A stretch of DNA of 64,000 nucleotides from Ruminococcus sp. GTDB lineage: Bacteria; Bacillota; Clostridia; Oscillospirales; Acutalibacteraceae. The translations under genes were made by a program, and so were the position numbers. The stretch spans positions 68,299 through 132,298 of the forward strand of contig JAFQQF010000026.1 of NCBI GenBank assembly GCA_017411385.1. Reading direction: 5' to 3'. Below, one piece after another: positions 50,994 through 59,825 of the stretch. The notes under the pieces were generated by a model, which did no database searches, had not been told where the DNA came from, and was given only the letters and a program-made list of their open reading frames with translations. Position 1 is the stretch's first letter. Each line of letters starts with the position of its first letter.

Positions 50994-51842
50994 TCAGTCG
51001 CAATAGTTGTGGTTTTTTCTGCAGGAACAGGATGCAGAAGAGTCCCCGTTCAGCTCACCCACATTAGGGGGAAAGAATTCGTTTGTGGGGAACTCAAGAC
51101 GCGAGAACACCTCACAGGGGTTATCAGATGAATTGGTACATTCTTTCTCGGGAATGCAGAAATCATAGGAAGGCACGAGAATCTGTACGTTACGTTCAAT
51201 CTGAACAATAGAGAACATACCAAGGCTTACAAAAACATTTCTGCTGCTTGAGGTTACAAAATCTCCGCCAAAGCAACAGCAAATTTTTGAAGGAATTCTG
51301 CAGGGAGGACCAACGTGATGAGTTGGGTCACAAACCTTTGCAGAGAGCGCAATAGGCTTTGCCACCTGAACAGATACAACAGGAAGGTTACCGCACTGAG
51401 AATTCTGAACCTCAATTTCATCCGGTGAACAGTTGCCCGTAAATACCTTGACACTTCCCTCACTGCCATAAAGGATTACCTTTTTATTAAAAATAGAAAG
51501 GCCATCCACCTGAGTGGGAGCGGTACCCGGTGAAGAAAAAACATCAAGGCTTATGTCATAGAAAAAGGTCATATCCACAGAATAGAAGCCTTTGTGAAAA
51601 GGCACAGGCTCCAAATCAGTGAGAACAGAAATAACTTCCGCATCTTTGATACGTACGCTTACCGCAGAGTCGATTATACCTTGGTTTTGATCTGTAAAAT
51701 ACACCCTGAGGTCTGTCAGACAATCCTTATCCGAGCAACTGTCGTAAACTCGTAATGCATCAATGCATACGGACTGGGTACAGCCTGAGTCGGTATTTGC
51801 CTGACAAGAATTGTCATGCATTTCGTTAATATTTTCTGCCAT
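50994..51842 (-). CDS. Cys-rich hypothetical protein, possibly spore-associated
   Basis: GGAGG RBS before ATG 51842; CIDALRVYDSCSDKDC, C-terminal PEKEC..C..F..EFP; function inferred only. Confidence 0.6.
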   Translation of the reverse strand: MAENINEMHDNSCQANTDSGCTQSVCIDALRVYDSCSDKDCLTDLRVYFTDQNQGIIDSAVSVRIKDAEVISVLTDLEPVPFHKGFYSVDMTFFYDISLDVFSSPGTAPTQVDGLSIFNKKVILYGSEGSVKVFTGNCSPDEIEVQNSQCGNLPVVSVQVAKPIALSAKVCDPTHHVGPPCRIPSKICCCFGGDFVTSSSRNVFVSLGMFSIVQIERNVQILVPSYDFCIPEKECTNSSDNPCEVFSRLEFPTNEFFPPNVGELNGDSSASCSCRKNHNYCD

Positions 51843-51984
51843 AAAACTACCTCCAACTATAGATTGCAAGCACCGACTCTCCATACTCACAGGATGCTCG
51901 GTACTATGGCTTATTGGTATTTTATGCAGAATTAAGCAAAGTGTGAAAAAAGAAGCACAGATTTCTCTGTGCTCCATAAAATTA

Positions 51985-54210
51985 TCAGATTTTTTCCATT
52001 TTGCAGAAGTTAGCCATCAGAGTTTTGGTACCCACCTTATCAAAGGATACCTCAAGCATAGTGTCGCTGCCCATACGCTGAGCGCTGATAATCATACCGA
52101 CACCAAAAACCTTGTGCATAACTCTGTCGCCTGCCGAAAAGCTTGCGGTGAAGGTATTGCTTGCAGGTGCTGTACGAGCTTTATTTGTTGCAAATGGGTC
52201 AAAGCGTTTAGCACTCTGAGTTGACACACCTACAGCAGTCACACCCTGTGGCTTTTTATTACCTGTTTTTTCAAGATGCTCGTCAGATATTTCCTCGCAA
52301 AAACGTGATACGTTATTGTGCTGGGTTGAACCGAAAAGCATACGGCTCTGGGCATGAATAAGATAGAGCTTTTTCTTTGCACGGGTGATACCGACATAAG
52401 CAAGCCTGTGTTCTTCGTTTAATGCATCAGGCTCATATACAGATTGGATTGAGGGGAACATCCCCTCCTCCATTCCTGCAATGAACACCAATGGGAATTC
52501 CAGTCCCTTTGAGCTGTGAAGAGTCATCATTGTCACGCAATCCGCACCCGACTCCATATTGTCAATGTCGGTCTGCAAGGCGATTTCCTCAAGGAAGGCG
52601 GAGAGAGTAGCCTCGTCGCCGTAATCCTCCTGAAAATTGATTATATTTGACATAAGCTCGTCTACGTTTTCAATTCTCTCATCGCCATTTTCTTTTTCAG
52701 CTTTCAGGTAAGATTTGTAGTCTGTGTGTTCCAAAACCATATCATATAGCTCTGCAACTGTGTAAGTATCTGAAAGCGAGGCATCAATAAAACCCTCAAG
52801 CATATCTGCAAAGGCTGTAAGTTTTGATGCGGCACGGGTTAAATCGGGGTAATCCTGAGCACGTTTTATTACGTCAAACATACTCTCACCCAGCATTGAA
52901 GCAATACTTGCAACTTTCTGAACAGTTGAATCGCCAATAGCACGGCGGGGCTTGTTGATAATACGTGTAAGACGAACATCGTCACGAGGATTGCTGATTA
53001 CCTGCAGGTATGCCAGCATATCTTTGACTTCTTCACGGTCGAGGAAACGGTGTCCGCCGATAATACGATGAGGTATTCCTGAACGAGTAAGGGCGTTTTC
53101 TATAGCATTTGACTGGGCATTCATCCTGTAAAGCACAGCAACATCAGCAAAGGAACCGCCGCTTGCTACATATTCAAGGACAGTTTTTGCAATGAACATA
53201 CCCTCGTCACGTTCATCAGAGGCTGTATGGAGAGTAATCTTTGCACCGTCTTCGTTCTGAGTCCAAAGAGTTTTGCCCTTACGCTGTTTGTTATTCACAA
53301 TAACATCATTTGCCGCCGCAAGGATAGTCTTGGTGCTTCGGTAGTTCTGTTCAAGGCGGATAACTTTTGCTCCTGTGAATGTGTTTTCAAAAGAAAGGAT
53401 GTTTTCGATTGTAGCACCGCGAAAGCGATAGATGCTCTGGTCATCATCACCCACAACGCAGAGGTTACGGCTTTTTGCCGCAAGCATACTTACAAAACGG
53501 TACTGGACCTTGTTTGTATCCTGATACTCATCAACCATTATGTATCTGAACTGATTCTGATACATCTCGAGCACATCGGGGCAGGTTTCAAACAAGCGAA
53601 CAGTATTGAGGAGCATATCGTCAAAATCCATCGCATTGGAGGATTTCAACTGTTCTTGATACTTCTTGTATGCTCGGGCAATGGTAATCTTTCTGCTGTC
53701 AAAGCTGTCTTTTGCCTCTTGCTCCAAATCATCGGGAGTTTTCATTTCATCCTTAGCTCTGGAGATTGCAGAGAGCACCTGTCTGTGGCCGAGAATTTTC
53801 TCATCAACATTCATACCCTTGAGGATATCCTTCATAACCTTGCGCTGATCGTCAGTATCGTAAATAGTAAAATGAGCATCGTATCCGATTCTGTCGCCAA
53901 ACCTGCGGAGAATTCGTGAGCATACAGAGTGGAAGGTTGCCGCCCATATATCCTGACCGCCATCGGGAACGGTTATGCATATCCTGTCTTTGAGCTCCCT
54001 TGCGGCTTTATTGGTAAAAGTAATAGCCAATATCTGCCAAGGCTTGCAAAGGCCACACTGAAGGATGTATGCAATGCGGTTTACAAGCACTGTGGTTTTA
54101 CCTGAACCTGCACCTGCAAGAATAAGCAACGGCCCCTCAGTACAAAACACAGCCTGCTGCTGCATATCGTTCATTCTTGAATAATTCTGCTTTATACTTT
54201 CAATATCCAT
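51985..54210 (-). CDS. pcrA: ATP-dependent DNA helicase PcrA/UvrD
   Basis: AGAGSGKT, VDEYQDTN, VGDDDQSIY, LEQNYRST, HSSKGLEF, YVGITRA. Confidence 0.96.
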   Translation of the reverse strand: MDIESIKQNYSRMNDMQQQAVFCTEGPLLILAGAGSGKTTVLVNRIAYILQCGLCKPWQILAITFTNKAARELKDRICITVPDGGQDIWAATFHSVCSRILRRFGDRIGYDAHFTIYDTDDQRKVMKDILKGMNVDEKILGHRQVLSAISRAKDEMKTPDDLEQEAKDSFDSRKITIARAYKKYQEQLKSSNAMDFDDMLLNTVRLFETCPDVLEMYQNQFRYIMVDEYQDTNKVQYRFVSMLAAKSRNLCVVGDDDQSIYRFRGATIENILSFENTFTGAKVIRLEQNYRSTKTILAAANDVIVNNKQRKGKTLWTQNEDGAKITLHTASDERDEGMFIAKTVLEYVASGGSFADVAVLYRMNAQSNAIENALTRSGIPHRIIGGHRFLDREEVKDMLAYLQVISNPRDDVRLTRIINKPRRAIGDSTVQKVASIASMLGESMFDVIKRAQDYPDLTRAASKLTAFADMLEGFIDASLSDTYTVAELYDMVLEHTDYKSYLKAEKENGDERIENVDELMSNIINFQEDYGDEATLSAFLEEIALQTDIDNMESGADCVTMMTLHSSKGLEFPLVFIAGMEEGMFPSIQSVYEPDALNEEHRLAYVGITRAKKKLYLIHAQSRMLFGSTQHNNVSRFCEEISDEHLEKTGNKKPQGVTAVGVSTQSAKRFDPFATNKARTAPASNTFTASFSAGDRVMHKVFGVGMIISAQRMGSDTMLEVSFDKVGTKTLMANFCKMEKI

Positions 54211-54324
54211 AATCCATTTTCCTTTAATAAAAATCTGAGAACTATTGTACCATAAATATAAAAAAGCCGCAACCATATCCGCTAAATTTTGCAGACAGGC
54301 TACGGCTTAGTTAACAACAACATA

Positions 54325-54801
54325 TTATTCGAAATAAGAAATATACCACTCTGTTATAGCATCAAAATCTGAGCTCATAATGAGGGTTACGAAATTGCCA
54401 TTCTGAGCTACAGAGCACTCATTAACAATAGCAAGAAGCTCGGCAGAATAGCTTGCACACAAATCACGCTGAGAGTTATAGCGGATTTGCAGGGCATCGT
54501 ACACACGCTGAGCCGCCTCCTTATTCACAGCCTCAACCAAAATAATCTCGGTGATATCTGTAGCGGAATTAACTGTGGTTTCTGCGGCAAACTGCTTTAC
54601 ATCAGCAGGAGCGATATTATAATATAGCTCCAAATCATCTGCAGTTTCAAGACGCATCATTTCATCCTCAGAGATTTCGAACTTAAAGTTGATGGAATTT
54701 AGCACCTCAAAAAGGCTGACGTCCTTTGAACCTGTGCATCCTGCAAAAGAAAAAAGTAAAATCATAGAAAGCAAAAGGCTTAATAATCTGAACCTCTTCA
54801 C
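54325..54801 (-). CDS. DUF4358-like lipoprotein
   Basis: GTG start with AAAGGAG RBS; lipobox FAGC; EIILVEA, YSAELL..NGNFVTLIM. Confidence 0.7.
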   Translation of the reverse strand: MKRFRLLSLLLSMILLFSFAGCTGSKDVSLFEVLNSINFKFEISEDEMMRLETADDLELYYNIAPADVKQFAAETTVNSATDITEIILVEAVNKEAAQRVYDALQIRYNSQRDLCASYSAELLAIVNECSVAQNGNFVTLIMSSDFDAITEWYISYFE

Positions 54802-54873
54802 AAAAACCACTCCTTTGTTATATACAACTATATTATACGACAGAAAGTGATAAATTGTAAAGTGGAAGTTAAC

Positions 54874-54903
54874 AAAAAGCCGTCGTAAATACGACGGCTT
54901 TTT
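54874..54903. terminator. Terminator hairpin at the distal edge of the tRNA-Pro insert
   Basis: AAAAAGCCGTCGT-aaat-ACGACGGCTTTTT. Confidence 0.85.
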
Positions 54904-55003
54904 ATGGTAATAGTTGATAATAATGATACGGTTTCGTATGGTTGCATTAGGGTTGCATTGGAGCTGCAACCCTCGGTGAGAAAAATGCAATCCTCGTAAA
55001 AGG

Positions 55004-55845
55004 AGTTAGACAATTTGGAATTTGACTACATCTGCGTTATCTTTTTTATTTCATCAACCATATCGTTAATAACACCAGATATATTTTTTCTGAACATTCC
55101 ATCAAATAATCTGTAAAGATTTGCATCAAAATTATTTGGCAAGATATTGCATTCTTTCGAACAAATGGTTTGCATTCTTTTCTCACCAGGGTGTGTCATC
55201 TCGTTCAGAGCAAAAATAATGTCAAAATAACTTGCGAGGAATTCAGTAACCCTATGATTGACACTTACAAGGTCACCTCTATTCTCTGCCTTTTGTATCT
55301 GCATATCAAATGATGGCAACATACCGCTAAGAAGCTTTAAATTATTAGCAATAATATTCTTTTTTAACTTCTTTGGATATGGAATGCGATATTTTTCCTG
55401 TAACATATTCAGCTTGCCATTCTTATCAAGCACGATTTGGGAGGTTATTAGATTGTGCCACATACAGGTAGTATACCCATTCCATGGTATACAGTCTATA
55501 ACTACAGAGGACACCATTTTTTCAAAATCTTCCATATTTCTATATATAATGTCCATATCAATGCTATCTTTTAAGGTAACATCATCTTCCAACTCCCAAA
55601 AGGAATTGCCAATTTCCATATATCCACAATATTTTTCCAGAATACGTCTTCGTGTGTTTTCGTCAATACTGTCTGTTATATATACATACACATCGTAGTC
55701 CGATTTGGTATCATTTCGTCCAGTTGCTCTTGAACCTCCCAATGCAATTGCTTCCACCTGAGGCAGATGTCCAAGTTCATTAAATAGTTCATTGACATCG
55801 ATTATCATTGCGATTCCTCCTTGTCAAATTCAAGTTTGTCTAACT
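55004..55845 (-). mobile_element. Single-gene cassette bounded by 23-bp inverted repeats, next to tRNA-Pro
   Basis: 55004-55026 AGTTAGACAATTTGGAATTTGAC vs reverse complement of 55823-55845 AGTTAGACAAACTTGAATTTGAC (20/23); repeats abut the stop codon and the RBS; visibly AT-rich ORF. Confidence 0.65.
55026..55808 (-). CDS. Nucleotidyltransferase with DUF4037-like helical C-terminal domain
   Basis: LGGSRATG..SDYDVYVY pol-beta-type GS/DxD motif; helical C-terminus (SYFDIIFALN..HPGEKR). Confidence 0.8.
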   Translation of the reverse strand: MIIDVNELFNELGHLPQVEAIALGGSRATGRNDTKSDYDVYVYITDSIDENTRRRILEKYCGYMEIGNSFWELEDDVTLKDSIDMDIIYRNMEDFEKMVSSVVIDCIPWNGYTTCMWHNLITSQIVLDKNGKLNMLQEKYRIPYPKKLKKNIIANNLKLLSGMLPSFDMQIQKAENRGDLVSVNHRVTEFLASYFDIIFALNEMTHPGEKRMQTICSKECNILPNNFDANLYRLFDGMFRKNISGVINDMVDEIKKITQM

Positions 55846-55846
55846 A

Positions 55847-55874
55847 ATTATAACATAGTTAGGCGAGAATTCAA
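55847..55874 (-). promoter_or_regulatory. sigma-A-type promoter outside the cassette, pointing into it
   Basis: TTGAAT-N16-TATAAT with extended -10 TG; -10 ends 1 nt before the inverted repeat. Confidence 0.6.
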
Positions 55875-55932
55875 TATTAAAAATAAGACCGACCATTCAG
55901 ATACTTCTCGTATAAAAATAATCGGTCTTATA

Positions 55933-56009
55933 TGGTCGAGGTGACGGGATTCGAACCCACGACTTCTTCGTCCCGAACGAAGCGCGCTACCAAACTGCGC
56001 TACACCTCG
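55933..56009 (-). tRNA. tRNA-Pro (CGG)
   Basis: CGAGGTGTAGCGCAGTTTGGTAGCGCGCTTCGTTCGGGACGAAGAAGTCGTGGGTTCGAATCCCGTCACCTCGACCA. Confidence 0.97.
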
Positions 56010-56066
56010 ATATTTAATTGTTGAATAATTATGTATCAACAAAACTTAATATTCTGAAATATAAGT

Positions 56067-56092
56067 TCAGCCCCGAATTGCTTCGGGGCTGA
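56067..56092 (-). terminator. Hairpin between tRNA-Gln and tRNA-Pro
   Basis: TCAGCCCCGAA-ttgc-TTCGGGGCTGA. Confidence 0.6.
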
Positions 56093-56093
56093 T

Positions 56094-56167
56094 TGGCTGC
56101 GGAACTAGGATTCGAACCCAGACATACAGAGTCAGAGTCTGCTGTGCTACCCTTACACAATTCCGCA
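56094..56167 (-). tRNA. tRNA-Gln (CTG)
   Basis: TGCGGAATTGTGTAAGGGTAGCACAGCAGACTCTGACTCTGTATGTCTGGGTTCGAATCCTAGTTCCGCAGCCA. Confidence 0.95.
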
Positions 56168-56265
56168 TCGGAACAACAGATATTATTATATCCGATTCCC
56201 GAAAAAAGTCAATACTATTTTTGAAATTTTTTGAAAAATTTTCTTATTACTTTAAGAGTGTGATT

Positions 56266-57255
56266 TTATGCCTTTTGGGCACGTATATCCTTGCCCAAAA
56301 ATTCAAGTCTGTCACACTCTCCTATTATTCTGGACACAAAGCGCTGTGAATATGTGTCCTGAATTTCTCGAATTGAAAGATTTGTGTTGATAATCACAGG
56401 CTTGCGTTTCAAGATGCGGTTGTTGAAAATATTATAGATTGCGGTTTTTGAATAAGGAGTCTGAAATTCCGTACCCAAGTCATCAATAATAAGCAAATCG
56501 CAATCCGAGAGTGTCTGCATTAAATGCTCTTCTTCGTTGCTGTTGTATTCAAAGTGGGAATTTTCAAGACGTGAGAGGATTGTGGGTGCACTAACATAAA
56601 CAGCATAGTAACCCTTGTTAAGCACCTCATTTGCAATAGCAAGGGAAAGGTGAGTTTTGCCAAGACCAGTTGCACCCTGCATAAACAAGGACCTGCCCTC
56701 CCCTGTGAAGTTTTTTGCATAATTCTTGCAATAATCAAAAATTCTGCTCATTCTTGTGTAGGGAGAAACACCCTCTGTATTAGTGTCATAAGGGTAGTAA
56801 TCAAGGCTGAAAGTATCAAAGGTTGAGAGTCTAAGGGGTGAAAGCTTATTGATTTCATCACATGAGCACTCAATAAGAAGCTTCATAAAGCAATCACAGT
56901 AAAGGGTTTTGCCTTCACGCTCTATGTATGCAGTGTCATTGCAATGGGCACAGGTATACACAGGCTCCATATAATCGGCAGGATATCCTGCCTCCAAAAG
57001 GAGCTGTGCCTGACGCTTCTGTAAATCTGAGCTGATGCCTGCAAGGTGCTCCAGCTCTTCCTTGGCATTACTTCCCTTTAAAACTGCACGTGCTGCACCA
57101 AGGGAGCACGCAGTAAGCTTACGGCTGATTTTCTCGATTTCGGGAATTTTATCGTAAATCTCGTTTGTGTGCCTTTGTGCTGTGGCTTCTGCTTCGCGTC
57201 GTCTGCTGTCCATTATCTGAAATGCAGTATTAAAAATTTCTTTGCTGTATGTCAT
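56266..57255 (-). CDS. DnaC/DnaI-like helicase loader ATPase
   Basis: Zn finger CAHC..CDC; GATGLGKT; LLIIDDLGTE; next to the dnaD-type gene. Confidence 0.85.
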   Translation of the reverse strand: MTYSKEIFNTAFQIMDSRRREAEATAQRHTNEIYDKIPEIEKISRKLTACSLGAARAVLKGSNAKEELEHLAGISSDLQKRQAQLLLEAGYPADYMEPVYTCAHCNDTAYIEREGKTLYCDCFMKLLIECSCDEINKLSPLRLSTFDTFSLDYYPYDTNTEGVSPYTRMSRIFDYCKNYAKNFTGEGRSLFMQGATGLGKTHLSLAIANEVLNKGYYAVYVSAPTILSRLENSHFEYNSNEEEHLMQTLSDCDLLIIDDLGTEFQTPYSKTAIYNIFNNRILKRKPVIINTNLSIREIQDTYSQRFVSRIIGECDRLEFLGKDIRAQKA

Positions 57256-57267
57256 AGGCTGTCACCA

Positions 57268-58275
57268 TTAATCATCGAAAATACTTTTCTTTTCGTACTC
57301 GTCAATATCGTAGGAAGGTGTTTGTTCAGAGCTCTTCTGCTTTTTACTTGTTTTTGATTTTGAAGCATCTGTAGCAGAAACCTCCTGAGGATTTCTAAGT
57401 CCCTGTTCAAACCAACGACGTAGAATGCCGTTTATATAAGAAAGGTTCAACTCACCCTTTGTGTCAACACATTTTTCATAGGCAAGTCTGAGCATTGCTT
57501 CGGAGAACTTCCACTCATTAACCCAGATATCAGCATACTCAAGCTGTTTTTTAGTGGGAGTTCCGCCAAGGTGCATACCAAAAACCGCGCTAACAACGTT
57601 AAATGCCTCAGAGGACTCGCTATAACGTCTGATTTTCTCTTCGGCAAGACTTATGGTTGTGATACCTTCGCTTGCCCAACTGATACCTGTTTTTTCGATA
57701 TAGCGCATATTTCCCTTGTCAATTTGCACTGAGTGCTCCATAAGCATCAGGATAACCTCTACAGGCAATCCATCGGTATCGTGGAGCATAACAAGGGTTG
57801 CTGTATCAGAGTTTGAAAGCACCTTACCCAAGATTCGCTGAGCCTCATCCATAAGAAGTACAAGGTTTTTATCTGCACGCAGACGCTTTGCAACGTAACC
57901 GGGCTCAGGCTTGGTAACCCTTGAAACAGGGCGAGGTTTTTCTGAATGCTGTGATTCAGTTGAAGCATTCTGCACAGGTGAAACCGCAGTTACACCCTCC
58001 CCTGCTTGAGCATTTTCTGCCATTGTGACAGCATCAGTAGTTCTGAGCAATAAACCTTTATCACACCAATATGTAATTGCATCCCTGACATCCTCAGGGT
58101 GTAGGCTGAGAGCTTCAGCTACAGACTCGTCTGTAAGAGTTACACCGGAGCTTCTTAAAATATACAAGAGCACCTTCAGTTGAGCCTCACTTGCAAGCTT
58201 CAAGCCTTTATCAACTACGGATGTGGGTACAGCAAACACACTCCCCCACACACCGAAATCTATCTTATACGACAT
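57268..58275 (-). CDS. DnaD/DnaB-domain replication protein
   Basis: Winged-helix N-terminus; two DnaD-type domains (YIEKTGISW, YINGILRRW). Confidence 0.85.
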   Translation of the reverse strand: MSYKIDFGVWGSVFAVPTSVVDKGLKLASEAQLKVLLYILRSSGVTLTDESVAEALSLHPEDVRDAITYWCDKGLLLRTTDAVTMAENAQAGEGVTAVSPVQNASTESQHSEKPRPVSRVTKPEPGYVAKRLRADKNLVLLMDEAQRILGKVLSNSDTATLVMLHDTDGLPVEVILMLMEHSVQIDKGNMRYIEKTGISWASEGITTISLAEEKIRRYSESSEAFNVVSAVFGMHLGGTPTKKQLEYADIWVNEWKFSEAMLRLAYEKCVDTKGELNLSYINGILRRWFEQGLRNPQEVSATDASKSKTSKKQKSSEQTPSYDIDEYEKKSIFDD

Positions 58276-58307
58276 AAATCACCATTTCCGTTTACAGAGT
58301 CTTCAAA

Positions 58308-58682
58308 TCATTTGACACCCTTGCGAATTAAATAATCCTTAATACGTTTATCGTCATAGAGGTTAAGGTCATCACAACCTGCAAGGTATTCGTTGTGATG
58401 CCTGAGCTCATGGGACAGAATGCGTCTTAACATTTCGCAGAATCTGTCTTTGGGCAGATGCCCGTACACACGGATAATACTGCCGTAATAAAAAACTATA
58501 TATTTACCGATATTGCTGCGGTGATACTCACCGAGAATATACAAATCATTTGCAACCGCCTTGGGATGAATCTTTGCTCTCTCCACAAGCCTGAGTCCGC
58601 CCGAAAGCTCACGATAAAGTTCAAAGGGCATGGAATCCGCAATCTCGTCAAACATCAGACCACATTCTTCGTAAGAATACAT
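58308..58682 (-). CDS. Small zincin-like metallopeptidase
   Basis: YILGEY, IVFYYGS, HELRHH (HExxH). Confidence 0.7.
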   Translation of the reverse strand: MYSYEECGLMFDEIADSMPFELYRELSGGLRLVERAKIHPKAVANDLYILGEYHRSNIGKYIVFYYGSIIRVYGHLPKDRFCEMLRRILSHELRHHNEYLAGCDDLNLYDDKRIKDYLIRKGVK

Positions 58683-58686
58683 ATTA

Positions 58687-59787
58687 TCAGTCTAAGAAGT
58701 CTTTAAGCTTCTTGCTTCTGGAAGGATGGCGGAGCTTTCTAAGAGCCTTTGCCTCAATCTGGCGGATACGTTCACGGGTTACGTTAAACTCCTTGCCAAC
58801 CTCTTCAAGAGTACGGCTTCTGCCGTCTTCAAGACCAAAACGAAGTCTGAGAACCTTTTCCTCTCGGGGTGTGAGTGTATCGAGCACCTCCATAAGCTGC
58901 TCACGCAGTAGTGTATGTGACGCAGCATCTGCAGGAGCAGGAGCGTCATCATCGGGGATAAAGTCGCCAAGATGGCTGTCCTCTTCTTCACCGATAGGAG
59001 TTTCCAAGGATACAGGCTCCTGAGCTACGCGCATAATCTCTCTTACCTTATCAACGGACATATCAAGCTCTGCGGCGATTTCGTCAGCAGTAGGCTCATG
59101 GCCGTTCTGGTGAAGAAGCTGACTTGAAACCTTTTTAACCTTATTGATTGTTTCAACCATATGAACAGGAATTCGGATTGTACGTGCCTGGTCAGCGATA
59201 GCTCTGGTAATAGCCTGACGGATCCACCATGTTGCATAAGTAGAGAACTTAAAGCCCTTAGTGTAATCAAATTTTTCAACCGCTTTAATAAGACCTAAGT
59301 TACCCTCTTGAATCAAATCGAGGAACTGCATACCCCTGCCCAGATAACGCTTTGCAATACTTACAACAAGTCGAAGGTTTGCCTCAGAAAGACGTTGTTT
59401 TGCTGCAACGTCACCGTCTTTAATGCGGATTGCAAGCTCAATTTCCTCTTCAGAAGTGAGCAGAGGAACACGACCGATTTCCTTAAGATAAACCTTAACA
59501 GGGTCGTCGATTGCAATGGTTTCAACACCGTCAGACTCAAGGCTGTCACCATCAACAGAAGCCACAACCTCCAAAGCAATATCGTCAAACTGAAGGTCAT
59601 CGTTATCTTCTACAATTTCAATACCCTGACTCTCAAGTCCGTCATAGAGCTTTTCAAGCTGTTCAGGGTCAAAATCCATTTCGCCAATTGCATCAAGGAT
59701 ATCCTTATTGGTAAGCTGTCCTTTAGATTTTCCAAGCTCTGTAAGCTCTTTTACAACTGATTTTTTATCCTGAATTGTACCTGCCAT
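58687..59787 (-). CDS. rpoD: Primary sigma factor SigA
   Basis: [40 protein letters not shown]. Confidence 0.98.
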   Translation of the reverse strand: MAGTIQDKKSVVKELTELGKSKGQLTNKDILDAIGEMDFDPEQLEKLYDGLESQGIEIVEDNDDLQFDDIALEVVASVDGDSLESDGVETIAIDDPVKVYLKEIGRVPLLTSEEEIELAIRIKDGDVAAKQRLSEANLRLVVSIAKRYLGRGMQFLDLIQEGNLGLIKAVEKFDYTKGFKFSTYATWWIRQAITRAIADQARTIRIPVHMVETINKVKKVSSQLLHQNGHEPTADEIAAELDMSVDKVREIMRVAQEPVSLETPIGEEEDSHLGDFIPDDDAPAPADAASHTLLREQLMEVLDTLTPREEKVLRLRFGLEDGRSRTLEEVGKEFNVTRERIRQIEAKALRKLRHPSRSKKLKDFLD

Positions 59788-59825
59788 TTTAAAATTCCTT
59801 TCTGATATACATTGTATATGTTTAA

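Noticed and set aside
51905-51927. sigma-E/K promoter for the Cys-rich gene (GCATAA..CATAGTAC)
   Set aside because: ATA-to-CATA spacing is 14 rather than 16-18 and the -10 lacks the final T
55004-55845. Classical integron cassette/attC
   Set aside because: No intI in the window, no GTTRRRY closing an attC within about 130 nt after GTCTAAC, and the inverted complementarity runs toward the gene. Kept only as an integron-like unit.
56266-57255. IstB of an IS21 element or prophage replication module
   Set aside because: No IstA transposase, terminal repeats or phage genes; it sits with dnaD in the dnaG-rpoD housekeeping run
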